Positions 49,441-60,421 of a stretch of DNA of 64,000 bases are shown here, in pieces; the stretch's first letter is position 1, and each line of letters starts with the position of its first letter. The notes under the pieces were generated by a model that was given only the letters and a program-made list of their open reading frames with translations, searched no databases and was not told where the DNA came from. This DNA comes from Alphaproteobacteria bacterium (GTDB taxonomy: Bacteria > Pseudomonadota > Alphaproteobacteria > Bin95). The position numbers and the translations under genes were made by a program. The DNA is taken from contig OZ219787.1 in NCBI GenBank assembly GCA_964291285.2, positions 1,440,001 to 1,504,000 of the forward strand, in the 5' to 3' direction.

Positions 49441-51828
49441 ATGAACTTCATCGCCCCCGGGGCCGCGCCGCTGATCCGGGACATCCCGCTCGCCCGGCTC
49501 GGCCTCGCCCCCGAGAACGTCCGCAAGACCCCGCCCGATGCCCGGGCCGACGCCGAGCTCAAGGCCTCCATCGCCGCCCTCGGCCTGCTGGAAAACCTCG
49601 TCGTCCGGCCGGAGGAGCCCGGTTCGGACGGCATCGGGCGCTATGCCGTGGTCGCTGGCGGGCGCCGCCTCAAGGCCATGCAGGCGCTCGTCGGGGACGG
49701 CGTCCTCGACGCCGACCACCCGGTGCCCTGCCTGGTCAGGACCGGCGACGCCGAGCCGGCCGAACTCTCGCTCGCCGAGAACGTGGTCCGCATCGCCATG
49801 CACCCGGCCGACCAGGTGGTCGCGTTCACGAAGCTGGCCGACGCCGGCCAGCCGGTTGCCGCCATCGCGGCGCGGTTCGGCGCCTCGGAGCGCACCGTCG
49901 AGCAGCGCCTGCGCCTCGGCAACGCCGCGCCCGAGCTTCTGGACGCCTACCGGGCCGGCGGGATCGACCTCGAAGTGCTCAAGGCGTTCGCCGTCACCGC
50001 CGACCGCGCGCGCCAGATGACGGTATGGGAACAACTCTCCGGACAGGCCGGCCGCCCGTCGGCCTGGCAGGTGAAGCGCCTGCTGACCGAAGAGCGCGTG
50101 CCGGGCGCCTCGGCCGTCGCCCGCTTCGTCGGGGTCGAGGCCTACGAGGCCGCGGGCGGCCAGGTCATGCGCGACCTGTTCGCCGACGAATACGAGCACG
50201 GCATCTGGTTCGAGGACCCGGTGCTGCTGGAGAAGCTGGCGGCGGAGAAGCTCCGGACCGCCGCCGACGAGCTGGCGACCCGCTGGAAGTGGGCCGCGGC
50301 CATGGTCGAGGTCGACTGGAGCGACACCGCCCGTTACGGGCGCATCGAGCCCCGGCCCGGCGCGCCGACCGACGCGGAGCGTGCCGGGATCGACAAGCTG
50401 ACGACCCGCCACGACGAACTCGTCAATCTCGATGACGACGAGTGGACCGAGGAACTGGCCGCCGAAGCGGAGGCCGTCGAGGCCCGGCTCGACGGGATCG
50501 AGGCCGCCGTCGAGGCGCGCGCGGTGTTCCGGCGCGAGGACTTCGCGATCGCCGGCTGCATCGTCACCGTCGGCCATGACGGCGCGATGCAGGTCATCCA
50601 GGGCCTGGTGAAGCCCGAGGACATGCCGGCGGAAACCGGCGCCGCCGGCAACGGCCACGACGCGCACGCCGCCGCGCAAGATGCCCACACCGCCGGTCAT
50701 GGCGTTCACACCGCCGGCCCGTGCGTTTCGGGGCCGGCGGCGCCGCCGAAGGACCCCGAATCCGAGGCGCGCAGGGAGGCGGGCGTCGGCGTCGGGCTTG
50801 CCGACGACCTGCGCGCGATCCGCACCGCGCTGGTCAAGGCCCATCTCGCCGGGGACTTCGAGGCCGCCTTCGACCTCGCGCTGTTCCGGATGGGCCGCGC
50901 CGTGTTCGCGCCGGGCCGTCACGGCCACGCCCTCGACATCGCGGTCAAGGAAACCCCCGACAGGCCCATGACCCGCATGAACGATGCCGGTTTCGCGGCC
51001 TGGTCGCCGGGCGAGGCCATGCTGGAGGACCGCTCGCACCTGTCGCTCGACTGGCTGGCGATCGAGGACGACGGCGGATCCTTCGCGGCGCTCCGGGCGC
51101 TGTCCGAGGCGGAGAAGCAGGCGCTGTTCGCGGCCTGCGTTGCGCGCACGGTGAAGGGCCAGCTCGCCTTCGAGCCGCAGGCGCGGCCCGAACTCGAAGC
51201 CACGGTGGCCCGGCTCGGCATCGACTTCGCGCAGCATGTCCGCCCGACGGCGGCGATGCTGTGGTCGCGGATTCCCAAGGCGCGGGTCCTCGACATCGCC
51301 CGCACGGTGTTCGGCATCAACTGGGCCTCGGCGCGGTCGAAATACAGGAAGCCGGCGCTCGCCGAGGCGATGGAGGCCGCCTTCGCCGCCGGCGACCCGC
51401 CGGTCGGGGTGAGCGCCGCCATGCACGCCGCCGCGCTCGCCTGGACGCCGCCCGGCTTCACCGCGTTCGACACCGGGCGCACGGTCGGCGATGCCGGGGA
51501 GGAGGCGACGGACGCCGCGGGGACCGCCGCAACCCCGGAAGGTGCCGAAGCGACCTCCGGAACCGGTCCGGCGGCGCCGGCCGGCAACGGTCATGCGACC
51601 GAGGCCGCTGCCGCACCGCAACCCCCGGAAGGCGCAGCGGCGGAGGCCGGCAACGGCGCCGCCGACGCGGTCGATACCGCTCCTGAGACCGATCCGGGCG
51701 ATGCCGGGGAGGCCGGTCCCGGCACGGTCGCCGCGAACGGGCCGGACGGTATCGGGGCGACCGGCCCGGTCAACGGGCATGCCGCCCACCCGACGGAGAT
51801 CCCCGAGTTCCTCCGCCAGGTCCGGTAG
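49441..51828 (+). CDS. ParB/RepB/Spo0J N-terminal domain protein (ICE/plasmid type)
   Basis: 'NVRK','GLLENLVV','AGGRR','SLAEN..R..MHPAD', HTH. Confidence 0.88.
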   Translation: MNFIAPGAAPLIRDIPLARLGLAPENVRKTPPDARADAELKASIAALGLLENLVVRPEEPGSDGIGRYAVVAGGRRLKAMQALVGDGVLDADHPVPCLVRTGDAEPAELSLAENVVRIAMHPADQVVAFTKLADAGQPVAAIAARFGASERTVEQRLRLGNAAPELLDAYRAGGIDLEVLKAFAVTADRARQMTVWEQLSGQAGRPSAWQVKRLLTEERVPGASAVARFVGVEAYEAAGGQVMRDLFADEYEHGIWFEDPVLLEKLAAEKLRTAADELATRWKWAAAMVEVDWSDTARYGRIEPRPGAPTDAERAGIDKLTTRHDELVNLDDDEWTEELAAEAEAVEARLDGIEAAVEARAVFRREDFAIAGCIVTVGHDGAMQVIQGLVKPEDMPAETGAAGNGHDAHAAAQDAHTAGHGVHTAGPCVSGPAAPPKDPESEARREAGVGVGLADDLRAIRTALVKAHLAGDFEAAFDLALFRMGRAVFAPGRHGHALDIAVKETPDRPMTRMNDAGFAAWSPGEAMLEDRSHLSLDWLAIEDDGGSFAALRALSEAEKQALFAACVARTVKGQLAFEPQARPELEATVARLGIDFAQHVRPTAAMLWSRIPKARVLDIARTVFGINWASARSKYRKPALAEAMEAAFAAGDPPVGVSAAMHAAALAWTPPGFTAFDTGRTVGDAGEEATDAAGTAATPEGAEATSGTGPAAPAGNGHATEAAAAPQPPEGAAAEAGNGAADAVDTAPETDPGDAGEAGPGTVAANGPDGIGATGPVNGHAAHPTEIPEFLRQVR

Positions 51829-51936
51829 GCGACCGCAGACCCCGCAAGACGCCCCGCCGGCGCATTGCTCCGGGCTTCAGGCCCCGGGCAGCGCCGGCGG
51901 GGCGTTTCCGTTTCCGCAATCCATGGAGGTCCGTCC

Positions 51937-53682
51937 ATGAACCGGACGATCCGCGCCCGCATCCACGAAACCGCCGTGAAGCGGGTCACCCGCATCTACG
52001 CCGCAACCCTGGCCGACATCTTCGCCGAGACCCTGCAGAACAGCCGCCGCGCCGGCGCCACACGGGTGCGCATCTCGGTTGCCGCCGCCCGGCCGCACGA
52101 AACCGCCGCCATTGCGAGCGAGACGCCGCTCACCGTCACCGTTTCCGACGACGGCTCAGGCATCGCCGACCCCGCCGTGCTGCTGAGCTTCGGCGAGAAC
52201 GGCTGGGACGACGCGCTGGTCCGCCGCGAGGACGCCGCCGGCTTCGGCTTCGCCAGCCTCGCGCGCCGCAACTGCGCCGTCTCGTCCAGGCCCCGCTCGC
52301 CGGACGGGCAGATATTGCCCGGCTGGCGCGTCGCGCTGCAACCGACGCATTTCCTCGGGGAGGCCGACGCCGGGGTGCAGGGCGACAACGAGGCCCCGTA
52401 TCCCTGCGGGACGGCAGTCTCGTTCGAGGCCACCGAGGCCGCCCTGGCCATCCGCAGCGCGGCCGGGAATGCCGCCCGCCACTACCCGCTGCCGGTCGTC
52501 TTCGATGACGGCGGGGGAGACGGCGCCGGGGAGGAACTGCCCCGCCGCGCCTTCCTCGACGGCGCGGTCCATGTCGAGCCCTGGCGCGGCCTCGTCTTCG
52601 GCGTCTTCAGGGACCGCCGCAGCGGCTACAACGACCCCGACCTCAACGTCTTCGGGCTGACCCTGGCGCTCCGCCTGCCCACGGTCGAGACCGTCCACGG
52701 CGCGACCTGGACCGTATTGGCGGATCTGGAAGACTGCCCGGACCTGGAACTGGTCCTGCCGGCCCGCAAGGAAGCGGTCGAGAACGCCTTCCTGACGGAC
52801 ATGCGCGAGGCCGCGCGGCTGGCGGTCTGGCGCGCCATGGCGGCCGACCCCTCGCCGCGCCCGGCCTTCGCCGACTGGACGCGGGCGCGCAAGGCCGGCA
52901 TCGCCATCGCGCCGCCGCCGGCCGCCCTGCGGCCCTGGCGGCCCATGATCGCCGACTGCAACGACTGGCGCGATCCGGGCAAGCTGGCCGATGCCGGCCA
53001 TGACGCCCTGGTCATGGACCGCGATCCGGAGCCGCCCGAGGCGCAGGCGCTGTGGCGCGCCGCCGAGCGCGCCGGCATCGCGCCGCGGCTCTTCGAGGCC
53101 GACCGGCGGCTGGAGGGCCATGGCTGGTACGACGCGCTCGACCGGGTGACGGATATAGCCGTCCGGGTCGCTGCCGGGGACGACTGGACGACGCTCGCGG
53201 AGTATCCGCTGCCCGGGCCGTCTCGCGCCGCGCCCCTGCCGGCCCGCCCCGCCGCCATTCGCATCGCGCTCACCGTTCGCCCGGCGTCGGGGCCGGAACG
53301 CACCCTCGACCTGCCGGCCGACATCGCGTTCGCCGGCGAGGCCTGGTCCCGGATCGACGAGGCCATGCCGCTGGTCACCGAAGACAGCGCCCTCCAGCCG
53401 CACGAGCTCGCCGCGCTGCTCATGGCGGGGTTCTTCTCGCCCTGCGACGATGCCGACGCCGACAGCCGGGAGACCCAGCGCGTCCGTTTCGAGGAGGACG
53501 CGCTGCATCTCGCGACCCGCCTGCTGCTGTCCGACGACGAGGCCTGCCGGACATCCATCGCCGAGGCGGTGCGGCGCGAGCTGATGTGGCTTGCGCCCCG
53601 CAACCGCGCCGTCGACATCCGCATCCGCCGGCCCGACGTCACCGTGATCCTCGGCGACGGAAGCGCGGCGGACGGCGCCTGA
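51937..53682 (+). CDS. HATPase (GHKL) domain protein
   Basis: 'ETLQNSRRAGA','SDDGSGI','AGFGFASL'. Confidence 0.8.
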   Translation: MNRTIRARIHETAVKRVTRIYAATLADIFAETLQNSRRAGATRVRISVAAARPHETAAIASETPLTVTVSDDGSGIADPAVLLSFGENGWDDALVRREDAAGFGFASLARRNCAVSSRPRSPDGQILPGWRVALQPTHFLGEADAGVQGDNEAPYPCGTAVSFEATEAALAIRSAAGNAARHYPLPVVFDDGGGDGAGEELPRRAFLDGAVHVEPWRGLVFGVFRDRRSGYNDPDLNVFGLTLALRLPTVETVHGATWTVLADLEDCPDLELVLPARKEAVENAFLTDMREAARLAVWRAMAADPSPRPAFADWTRARKAGIAIAPPPAALRPWRPMIADCNDWRDPGKLADAGHDALVMDRDPEPPEAQALWRAAERAGIAPRLFEADRRLEGHGWYDALDRVTDIAVRVAAGDDWTTLAEYPLPGPSRAAPLPARPAAIRIALTVRPASGPERTLDLPADIAFAGEAWSRIDEAMPLVTEDSALQPHELAALLMAGFFSPCDDADADSRETQRVRFEEDALHLATRLLLSDDEACRTSIAEAVRRELMWLAPRNRAVDIRIRRPDVTVILGDGSAADGA

Positions 53683-53992
53683 CCGGCCGCCGCCATGCCC
53701 GCCTCCGAAGCGACCGCTCCGCGTGACCCCGGCGACGAGGCGCGGAAACGCGCCATCGCCGTGTGGACCGACCCGCCGATGCCGACCGGCCGCACCGTCA
53801 CCGTCCGTGACGGTCACCGTCCGCGACGGCAGGGCCGCGGTCGAGCCGGCCCCCACGGCCCGGACCCGGAAGTCCCGGCCCGCCGATCCGCCCGGGATCC
53901 GTTCACCCCGACGCTGCCCCGTTCCGCCATCGGCCCCGTTCCCGCTTGCCGGAACCGGGGCGTTTGCCTTCAAACCCGCGGAGGACGCCGCC

Positions 53993-54757
53993 ATGCCCGA
54001 TTCCCTGCCGGCTCTCGACGACATGCCGCTGCACGACATGCCCGCAGCGCCGGCCCCGGATCGCGGTCCGGGGCAGGCTCTGATCCGCAAGACCGCCGAC
54101 CGCCGCCGGCTCCAGCGCCGCTTCCTCCGCGCCGGGCGCGAGGCGGTCGACGACCGCGACCTGCTCGAACTGCTGCTCTCCGGGCGCCCGCCGGTGGACG
54201 ATGCCGGGGCGCTTGCCCGCGCATTGCTGGACACCTTCGGCGCCGCGCCGCGCGCCCTCGCCGCCCGTCCGGACCGGCTGCGCACCGTTCCCGGCCTGTC
54301 TGAAGACGCCATCGCCGCCCTCAAGGCCGCCGAAGCGCTCGCCATCCGCATGGCGCGGGCCGAAATGCCCGACACCCTGCGCCCGTCCCTCGCCGGCTAC
54401 GACAGGGTGATCGAATATTGCCGCACCCTCGCCGGCCACCGCGAGGTCGAGCAGTTCCATCTCCTCTACCTGAACCGCAACAACCTCCTCATTGCCGACG
54501 AGCGCCTCCAGAAGGGCTCCGTCTGCCACACGCCGGTCTATCCCCGGGAGGTCTGCATCCGCTGCCTGGAGCTTCAGGCCAGCGCGGTCATCGCGGTCCA
54601 CAACCACCCGTCGGGCAACCCGGAACCATCGAGAGCCGACATCGCCATGACCGAACGCCTACGCGACGCGCTGAAGACCATAGAGGTCACGCTGCTCGAC
54701 CATCTGATCGTCACGCCGACCGGCTCCGTGAGCTTCCACGAGAGGGGGTTGCTCTGA
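53993..54757 (+). CDS. radC: RadC/JAB-domain protein
   Basis: 'E.F..LYL','VYPREV','HNHPSG..PS.AD','LDHLIV'. Confidence 0.9.
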   Translation: MPDSLPALDDMPLHDMPAAPAPDRGPGQALIRKTADRRRLQRRFLRAGREAVDDRDLLELLLSGRPPVDDAGALARALLDTFGAAPRALAARPDRLRTVPGLSEDAIAALKAAEALAIRMARAEMPDTLRPSLAGYDRVIEYCRTLAGHREVEQFHLLYLNRNNLLIADERLQKGSVCHTPVYPREVCIRCLELQASAVIAVHNHPSGNPEPSRADIAMTERLRDALKTIEVTLLDHLIVTPTGSVSFHERGLL

Positions 54758-54834
54758 AAGGCGAACCGATGACCTCCCCGGTGCGCCCCCGGCCGCGTCG
54801 GGCCGATCCCCCGCCACCCAGCCCGGAGACCGCC

Positions 54835-55362
54835 ATGCTCCACCGGATCACCGGCCGCGCCACGAAGTGCGGCCCGTCCGCGATTTCCGCGATCGCCGGC
54901 GTGCCGACCCACGAGGCCGCCGCCGTCATCCGCCGCCTGTTCGACCGGCCCTCGGTGAACGGCGTCTTCATCGACGAACTCGCCGCCGCGCTCGAAGCGT
55001 TCGGCTGGGCGCCGGACTACGCGCTCCGCCATCCGGAATACCGGAACCGCCGTTTCGCCCGGCGCGAGCGGGAATGGGAGCGCCTCTTCGCCGGCGTCCC
55101 CTTCGACGAGCGCGCAATCACGCTGGGCGCGTTCCTCGACGCCGCGCCCGCCGGAACCTGGGCGATCTCCGCGAGCCGCCACTTCGTGGCCTGTGCGGAC
55201 GGCTTCGTCGCGGATTCCGGTGCGTGGTTTGCCCGCATGCCGGCTTTCTGGTTCCGGGCCGACCCCGGTCACAACCGCGTCGCGCTCCGCCGCGTCCGGG
55301 AAGCGGTCCGGTTCGTGCGCGTCACCGGCATCCCCCGCAACCCCCGTCCGCAGAAGGGCTGA
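54835..55362 (+). CDS. Hypothetical protein (CGP...H pattern, possibly papain-like fold)
   Basis: GGAG RBS, high-GC codon usage, 'CGPSAISAI' and 'HFVA'. Confidence 0.55.
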   Translation: MLHRITGRATKCGPSAISAIAGVPTHEAAAVIRRLFDRPSVNGVFIDELAAALEAFGWAPDYALRHPEYRNRRFARREREWERLFAGVPFDERAITLGAFLDAAPAGTWAISASRHFVACADGFVADSGAWFARMPAFWFRADPGHNRVALRRVREAVRFVRVTGIPRNPRPQKG

Positions 55363-55593
55363 CCATGCCGCAGGTCTTCTTCACGGGTTTCCGGATTCAG
55401 GGCGACGGCGCCTCGTTCGCCGGTCACTACAGTCACGCCAGAGGCGCCGCCAAAGCCATTCGCGCCTGCGCCCCCAAGGATGACGAGTTGCATCGCATTG
55501 CAGGCCATCCAGAAGCAGAATTTCCACCAGCTGCATGCCACGATCCGCCAGCGCGGGCGATACTGCCACGAATACACCATGTCCACCGAGGTG

Positions 55594-56809
55594 CAGGGCA
55601 ATCGCTTTTGGGCCTGTCATGCTGCGGCCCGGATCAAGTTGAGGAGGAAGTCGTCGTTCCAGGCGGCGCGCTTGAGTTTTCCGCGCATGGCGTCTTTTGT
55701 GGGTTCGCGGCGTGCGATGTTGAGGGCGAGGCGTCGGATCAGGGCGAGGTTTTCGGGTCCGTGGTCCTTGCGGTTTCGCTGTCGGTCCTCGTTCATGGTC
55801 ACGTCGAGCACCCAGTGCAGGCAGTTTTCGATGGTCCAATGGGCGCGCGCGGCGTGCTGGAAGCGCTCGGGCGCGCGCGGCGCGCTCATGATGTAGTAGC
55901 GGGTTTCGGTTTTGGTGCTCCTTGCGGTTTCGCGCCTGGCCTGGATCTTGCCGATGGCGGCCAGCCCCGGCCAGTCATGGCGCTCGCGCAGCCATGCAAT
56001 CTCGTGGCAGACCGAGGCGCGGCGCGTCTCGATGCGCCCGTGATCGCCATCGACATGCTGACATGATTGGAGTTTGTCCGCCTGGGCGGGATCGTCCAGA
56101 TACAGGCGCACATCCTCATACAGGCTGCCCTGATTGCCCTTGAGCGCCAGCACATGGTCCCCGCCCCTGGCGGTAACGGCCTCGGCCGTCGCCCGCTGGG
56201 TATGCATCGCGTCCGCCGTCACGATCCCGCCCTTGAGCGCCAGCATCTCCAGCAGCTTCGGCATCGCCGCAATCTCGTTGGACTTGTCATCGACCTTCAC
56301 CTGGCCGAGCACCAGGCGGGTCCCGGCGGCGAAGGCCTGCACCAGATGCACCGGCGAGCGCGCCGCGGCATCGGCGAAGGAACGCCGCAGCGACTTGCCG
56401 TCAATCGCGATCACATCGCCGTCCAGAACCGCCGCCCAGTCCTCCAGAAGCCGCAGCAGCACTTTCTGCAGGCTGTCGGGATCGAGGGCGTTGAACAGGT
56501 CCGAAAACGCATCGTGGCTCGGGATGCCGTGCTTCAACTCCATGAAACGGCGCAGAAACCCTTCCTTCGCCCGACCGAAACGCTCCATGTCCGCGCATCC
56601 CTCCCCGCCGCACAAGGTCGAGAGCAGCGCGATCATAAGCATCTCGTGCAGAGAGTGGCGCGTCGCATTGCTGCGACGCGGATCCGTAACTCCTTCGAAT
56701 ACTGACGAAAACTCCTCCATCTCACACCCCAACTCAACAGAAACGGAAACGGGAGTGTGAATCGAAAACGCAAACTCCTAAAAGCTAATCTTCAAAAGCG
56801 ATTCCCCTG
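55594..56809 (-). mobile_element. ISAs1-family IS, 1216 bp
   Basis: 17-bp TIRs CAGGG(C/G)AATCGCTTTTG; 10-bp duplication CACCGAGGTG at 55584-55593 and 56810-56819. Confidence 0.95.
55617..56732 (-). CDS. ISAs1 transposase
   Basis: 'DPR','PSHD','IDGK','KSNEI','DAMH','LKGNQ','HWTIEN.LHW.LD'. Confidence 0.93.
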   Translation of the reverse strand: MGCEMEEFSSVFEGVTDPRRSNATRHSLHEMLMIALLSTLCGGEGCADMERFGRAKEGFLRRFMELKHGIPSHDAFSDLFNALDPDSLQKVLLRLLEDWAAVLDGDVIAIDGKSLRRSFADAAARSPVHLVQAFAAGTRLVLGQVKVDDKSNEIAAMPKLLEMLALKGGIVTADAMHTQRATAEAVTARGGDHVLALKGNQGSLYEDVRLYLDDPAQADKLQSCQHVDGDHGRIETRRASVCHEIAWLRERHDWPGLAAIGKIQARRETARSTKTETRYYIMSAPRAPERFQHAARAHWTIENCLHWVLDVTMNEDRQRNRKDHGPENLALIRRLALNIARREPTKDAMRGKLKRAAWNDDFLLNLIRAAA

Positions 56810-57175
56810 CACCGAGGTGGAACGGGACAGCCCGACCCGGCAGCCGCCGACAAACGATGCCGGGGACACGGTGACCGGGGCCATGCGCGGCCTCGCGCGC
56901 TGGCTCTACCGCAGCTTCGCACCGAGTACGAACACCTGAGCTCGGACGAAGCGGGCGACGAAACAATTGCGGCCAACTCCCGGTCGTTTGCGACCTCTGG
57001 AAACCGGTTCGGCTGACAGGGTGCATCGACTGGACTTCAACCCGCCAATTGTGGATTTTCGTCACGTCGCAGGCGTCCTTCGCCCCCAATCGTCCGTCGC
57101 TGACCGATCGTTGACAGTGCCGTACTCCGTCAGGCAATCCATCGACGCTCTTGCTCGATACACCCGGCAGTCCCC

Positions 57176-58207
57176 ATGCCCGACCTCTACGCCATCAATC
57201 TTCATCTTCAGGAACGGCTCGAACAGGAGTGGCACGAGGAAGTCCGCGCCGTAGAGGCCGCGCGCTGGCTCGACAAGGCCAGCCTCCTGCGAAACCGCAA
57301 GAACGGCCTGCCGTTGCGCAGATTGCTGTGCGCCGGGCGTATTGCAGGCCAGGTGCAGCGTCCCAACCGGAAGAACGGCGCATGGTTCGTTCGCCGGCTC
57401 GCCGTATCCCGCGACCCCGACGCGATCCGCGAGGCCCGCGAACGGATGCGCCGCTGTCTGCCCATCGACCGTGACGCCCTGCCGCCCGACTGGCCGGTGA
57501 ATCAGGGGCCTGCCGCCTTCTGGCAGGAACTCGGCAAGACCGTAGCCGCCTTCGGCTACCTGGAGCACATTCTGGCCTCCACCTGCTACGCGCTCCTGGG
57601 GACGGGCGAGAGGGCAATCGCCCTTCTTGAGGAGAACGACCATGAAGCCCTGTCCGAGTGGTATAAGCGGCTCCTGCGCTCCCAGACCGACAGTCTGTAC
57701 CGCCTCACCTGCGAACTCGACCGGGTCCTGACCGAAGGCGGGCTGATTCCCCGCGCCGTTTGCGAGGATCTCGTCGCGCGCCTCGATGAACTCCGGCCCT
57801 GGCGCAACGCACTCTGCCACGGCGCATGGCTCAGCGTCGATGAGGACGGTTCCGCCCGCCTTGAGCACGTTTTCAGGCATGAAGGCCTTCCCGCCGGATT
57901 CGAGCATCGGAACGTTGACGTCAAGCGCCTGTCCGACATCCGCGCCCGCACGGTCGATGTCACCATACGCATCGCCGAAGCCGCCTCCGTCGCCGGTCCC
58001 GCCTACACCCACATGGGCGGCACCGGATACGCCCTCGCTACCGTAATTCCGCGCATGTACGCCCCGGGGAGCGCTCCTCCCGAACCGGACCTGCTGAGTG
58101 TGGCGCGGCGCGCTATCGAGCGCGACCACACGCTCGCCCGGGAGAGGCTCTTTCGGGGTCTGGGGACGTTCACTACCGGCGGGACCGCGCCGACCGAACG
58201 GGAATAG
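57176..58207 (+). CDS. Hypothetical protein with HEPN-like RX4H motif
   Basis: 'FGYLE' ... 'WRNALCHGAW'. Confidence 0.6.
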   Translation: MPDLYAINLHLQERLEQEWHEEVRAVEAARWLDKASLLRNRKNGLPLRRLLCAGRIAGQVQRPNRKNGAWFVRRLAVSRDPDAIREARERMRRCLPIDRDALPPDWPVNQGPAAFWQELGKTVAAFGYLEHILASTCYALLGTGERAIALLEENDHEALSEWYKRLLRSQTDSLYRLTCELDRVLTEGGLIPRAVCEDLVARLDELRPWRNALCHGAWLSVDEDGSARLEHVFRHEGLPAGFEHRNVDVKRLSDIRARTVDVTIRIAEAASVAGPAYTHMGGTGYALATVIPRMYAPGSAPPEPDLLSVARRAIERDHTLARERLFRGLGTFTTGGTAPTERE

Positions 58208-58576
58208 CCAGGTCTCTCAGCCTCCTCAGCCGGCCGCTCCGCCGGGTGCGGCCATCCCAACGCTCCCCGGCGACTTGCCGGAACTGCGCATCCTGCCGGG
58301 TTGGACGCGGTCCGGCGCGGCCTTGCCAACCGGTTTCAGCCGGTCTTGATCGCCCGCCAGGCGCCTTCCCGCCCATCGCTTGCCCGCCTTGCACCGTTTC
58401 GACGGTGAACATCAAATCCTCCCACGAGACCGCGCGGCCGTATCTTTCGTTCATCGGCTCAATCATCGCCTGAATACGATTCGAGAATTCCGGCTGCTAT
58501 CGGCAACGCTGCGGCCGATTTTCCGCGGCCGCACTTATCCGTCTTGATGCCTGAGCGCCCTCCGCAGCCCCACTGA

Positions 58577-58708
58577 TACCACCGGCCACAGATAAGAACC
58601 GATTAGCCTCTCTCGGCGGAGATTACCTCTTGCAGTAGGAGGCCTCGGCTCAGGGGGCGAGCTGCGGAGGGAGGATCTGCTATCGGTTCCAATCAACGAC
58701 CGTTGGTA
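58577..58708. mobile_element. 132-bp MITE-like element, copy 2
   Basis: Same TIRs as copy 1; flanked by TGA/TGA (58574-58576, 58709-58711). Confidence 0.85.
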
Positions 58709-60421
58709 TGACACGGCCCGGGCGGACCGTCCGCTGTTCCGGCCAATTCCCTCCATCTTCGCGTCTCCGTGCGTCCCGCCGGCGGGAGTCCGGCCAGCCG
58801 TCCGGGGGCGGTCCGCCGGGCGGCGCGGGAGGACTTGCGCCGCCGGCCGCCGTCACGCCCTTCCAGCACGGAGCCTGCCATGCTCGACGCCCCCACGGCG
58901 CCGGACGCCCTCGCGCGTCCTCTTCCTCCCTCAGTCCCTACCGCCCCGCCGGCCCGCCCGGCCGCGGGCGATGCGCTCTTCGCCGCCGCCCGAACCCTGC
59001 TGCCGGCGCTGGAGGTCGGACGGCCGCTCGACGCCGCGACGCTGCGCGACGCCATGACAAAGGCCTTCGGCGCCACCGACGCCGGGGGCGGCTGGGTGTG
59101 GAAGGACGCCTACGAGGCCGCCGAGGCGGCCGTGGTGATCTTCATGCAGCGCTACGCCCGGGCCATGCGCCGGAACGCCGGCGGACCCCGCCGCATGCTG
59201 GCCATGCTGGAGGCCCTCGCCGCGCTGGAACCGTCGCATACCAGGCGCTCGGAGGAACAGGTCCTGCTCCAGCAGTTCTCGACCCCGCTACCGCTCGCCT
59301 ATGCCGCGCTTCAAGCTGCCGCTATCCGGCCGGGCGATACCGTGCTGGAGCCGTCCGCCGGCACCGGCATGCTGGCGGTGATGGCGCAGTGCGCGCTCGG
59401 CGACCAGGCGGCAGGCGCGCTCCATCTCAACGAATACGCGCCCACGCGGGCGGGGTTGCTGACGCGGTTGTTTCCCGAGGCCATTGTCACCGCCTTCAAT
59501 GCCGAGACCATCGCCGACCGGCTGCGCGATGTCCGTCCCACCGTGGTGCTGATGAACCCGCCCTTCTCGGCGACGCCCGGCGTCGACCGTATCAGCCATC
59601 ACGCGGATCTGCGCCATGTCCGCTCGGCCGCCTCGATGCTGCCGCCGGGCGGGCGGCTGGTCGCGGTCACCTCGGCCCATTGCGCGCCCGGCGGCACCGC
59701 ATGGCGCGATGCCTTCGGCTCGCTCGACGACGCCCGCTGCCTCTTCACCATGGCGATCGACGGCCGCGCCTATGCCAGGCGCGGCACCGGCTTCGACACC
59801 CGCCTCACCGTGCTGGAGCGCGGCGCCGGACCTGAAGTCGAGCTGGACACGACTGCCCGCGCCGCGAACGCTGCCGGGCTGCTCGATGTCGTCATCGCGC
59901 GCGTGCCGAAGCGCCAGCCCATCGCATCCGTTCCCGCCGGACCCGCGCGCGACCTGTTCGGCGCCGCCGTCGCACCGCCGCCCGCGAAGCGGCAGGGCCC
60001 CAGGCCCGCATCGACCGCCGAGATGCGGCAGGCCCATGACCGGGGGCCGGTCTCCGAACTGGTCGTCGAGACCGGGCCGGTCGAGCCGGTTGCCGCCGCC
60101 GACACCGGCCCCTGGGCGCCCTGGCGGCCCGGCGTCTTCCAGGTGCCGGGCGCGGTCGAGCATCCGACGCCGCTGGTGCAGTCCGCCGCCATGGCCGCCG
60201 TGCCCCACCCGGCGCCGGCATACCGGCCCATGCTGCCGGAGCGCGTGGTGACCGAGGGCCTGCTGTCCGACGCCCAGCTCGAGAGCGTCGTGCTGGCGGG
60301 CGAGGCCCATTCCCGCCATCTCGCCGCGCAATACCGCATCGGCTCCGGCTGGGAGACCGTCCACCGCTGCCCGCAGGACGGCGAAGTTGAAGAACCCGGC
60401 ACGTCTCCGGCCACCCGGGAC

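Larger units (their letters stand above)
55365..56939 (+). pseudogene. ICE-associated hypothetical gene (often annotated 'antitoxin of TA stability system'), frameshifted and split by ISAs1
   Basis: 'GF..QGDGA.F','LQAIQKQNFHQL','STEV|ERDSPT','LARWLYR' rejoin after the IS is removed. Confidence 0.65.

Noticed and set aside
4876-58708. The two 132-bp direct repeats as attL/attR of a 54-kb island
   Set aside because: Each copy has its own TIRs and a different 3-bp duplication, which indicates independent insertions
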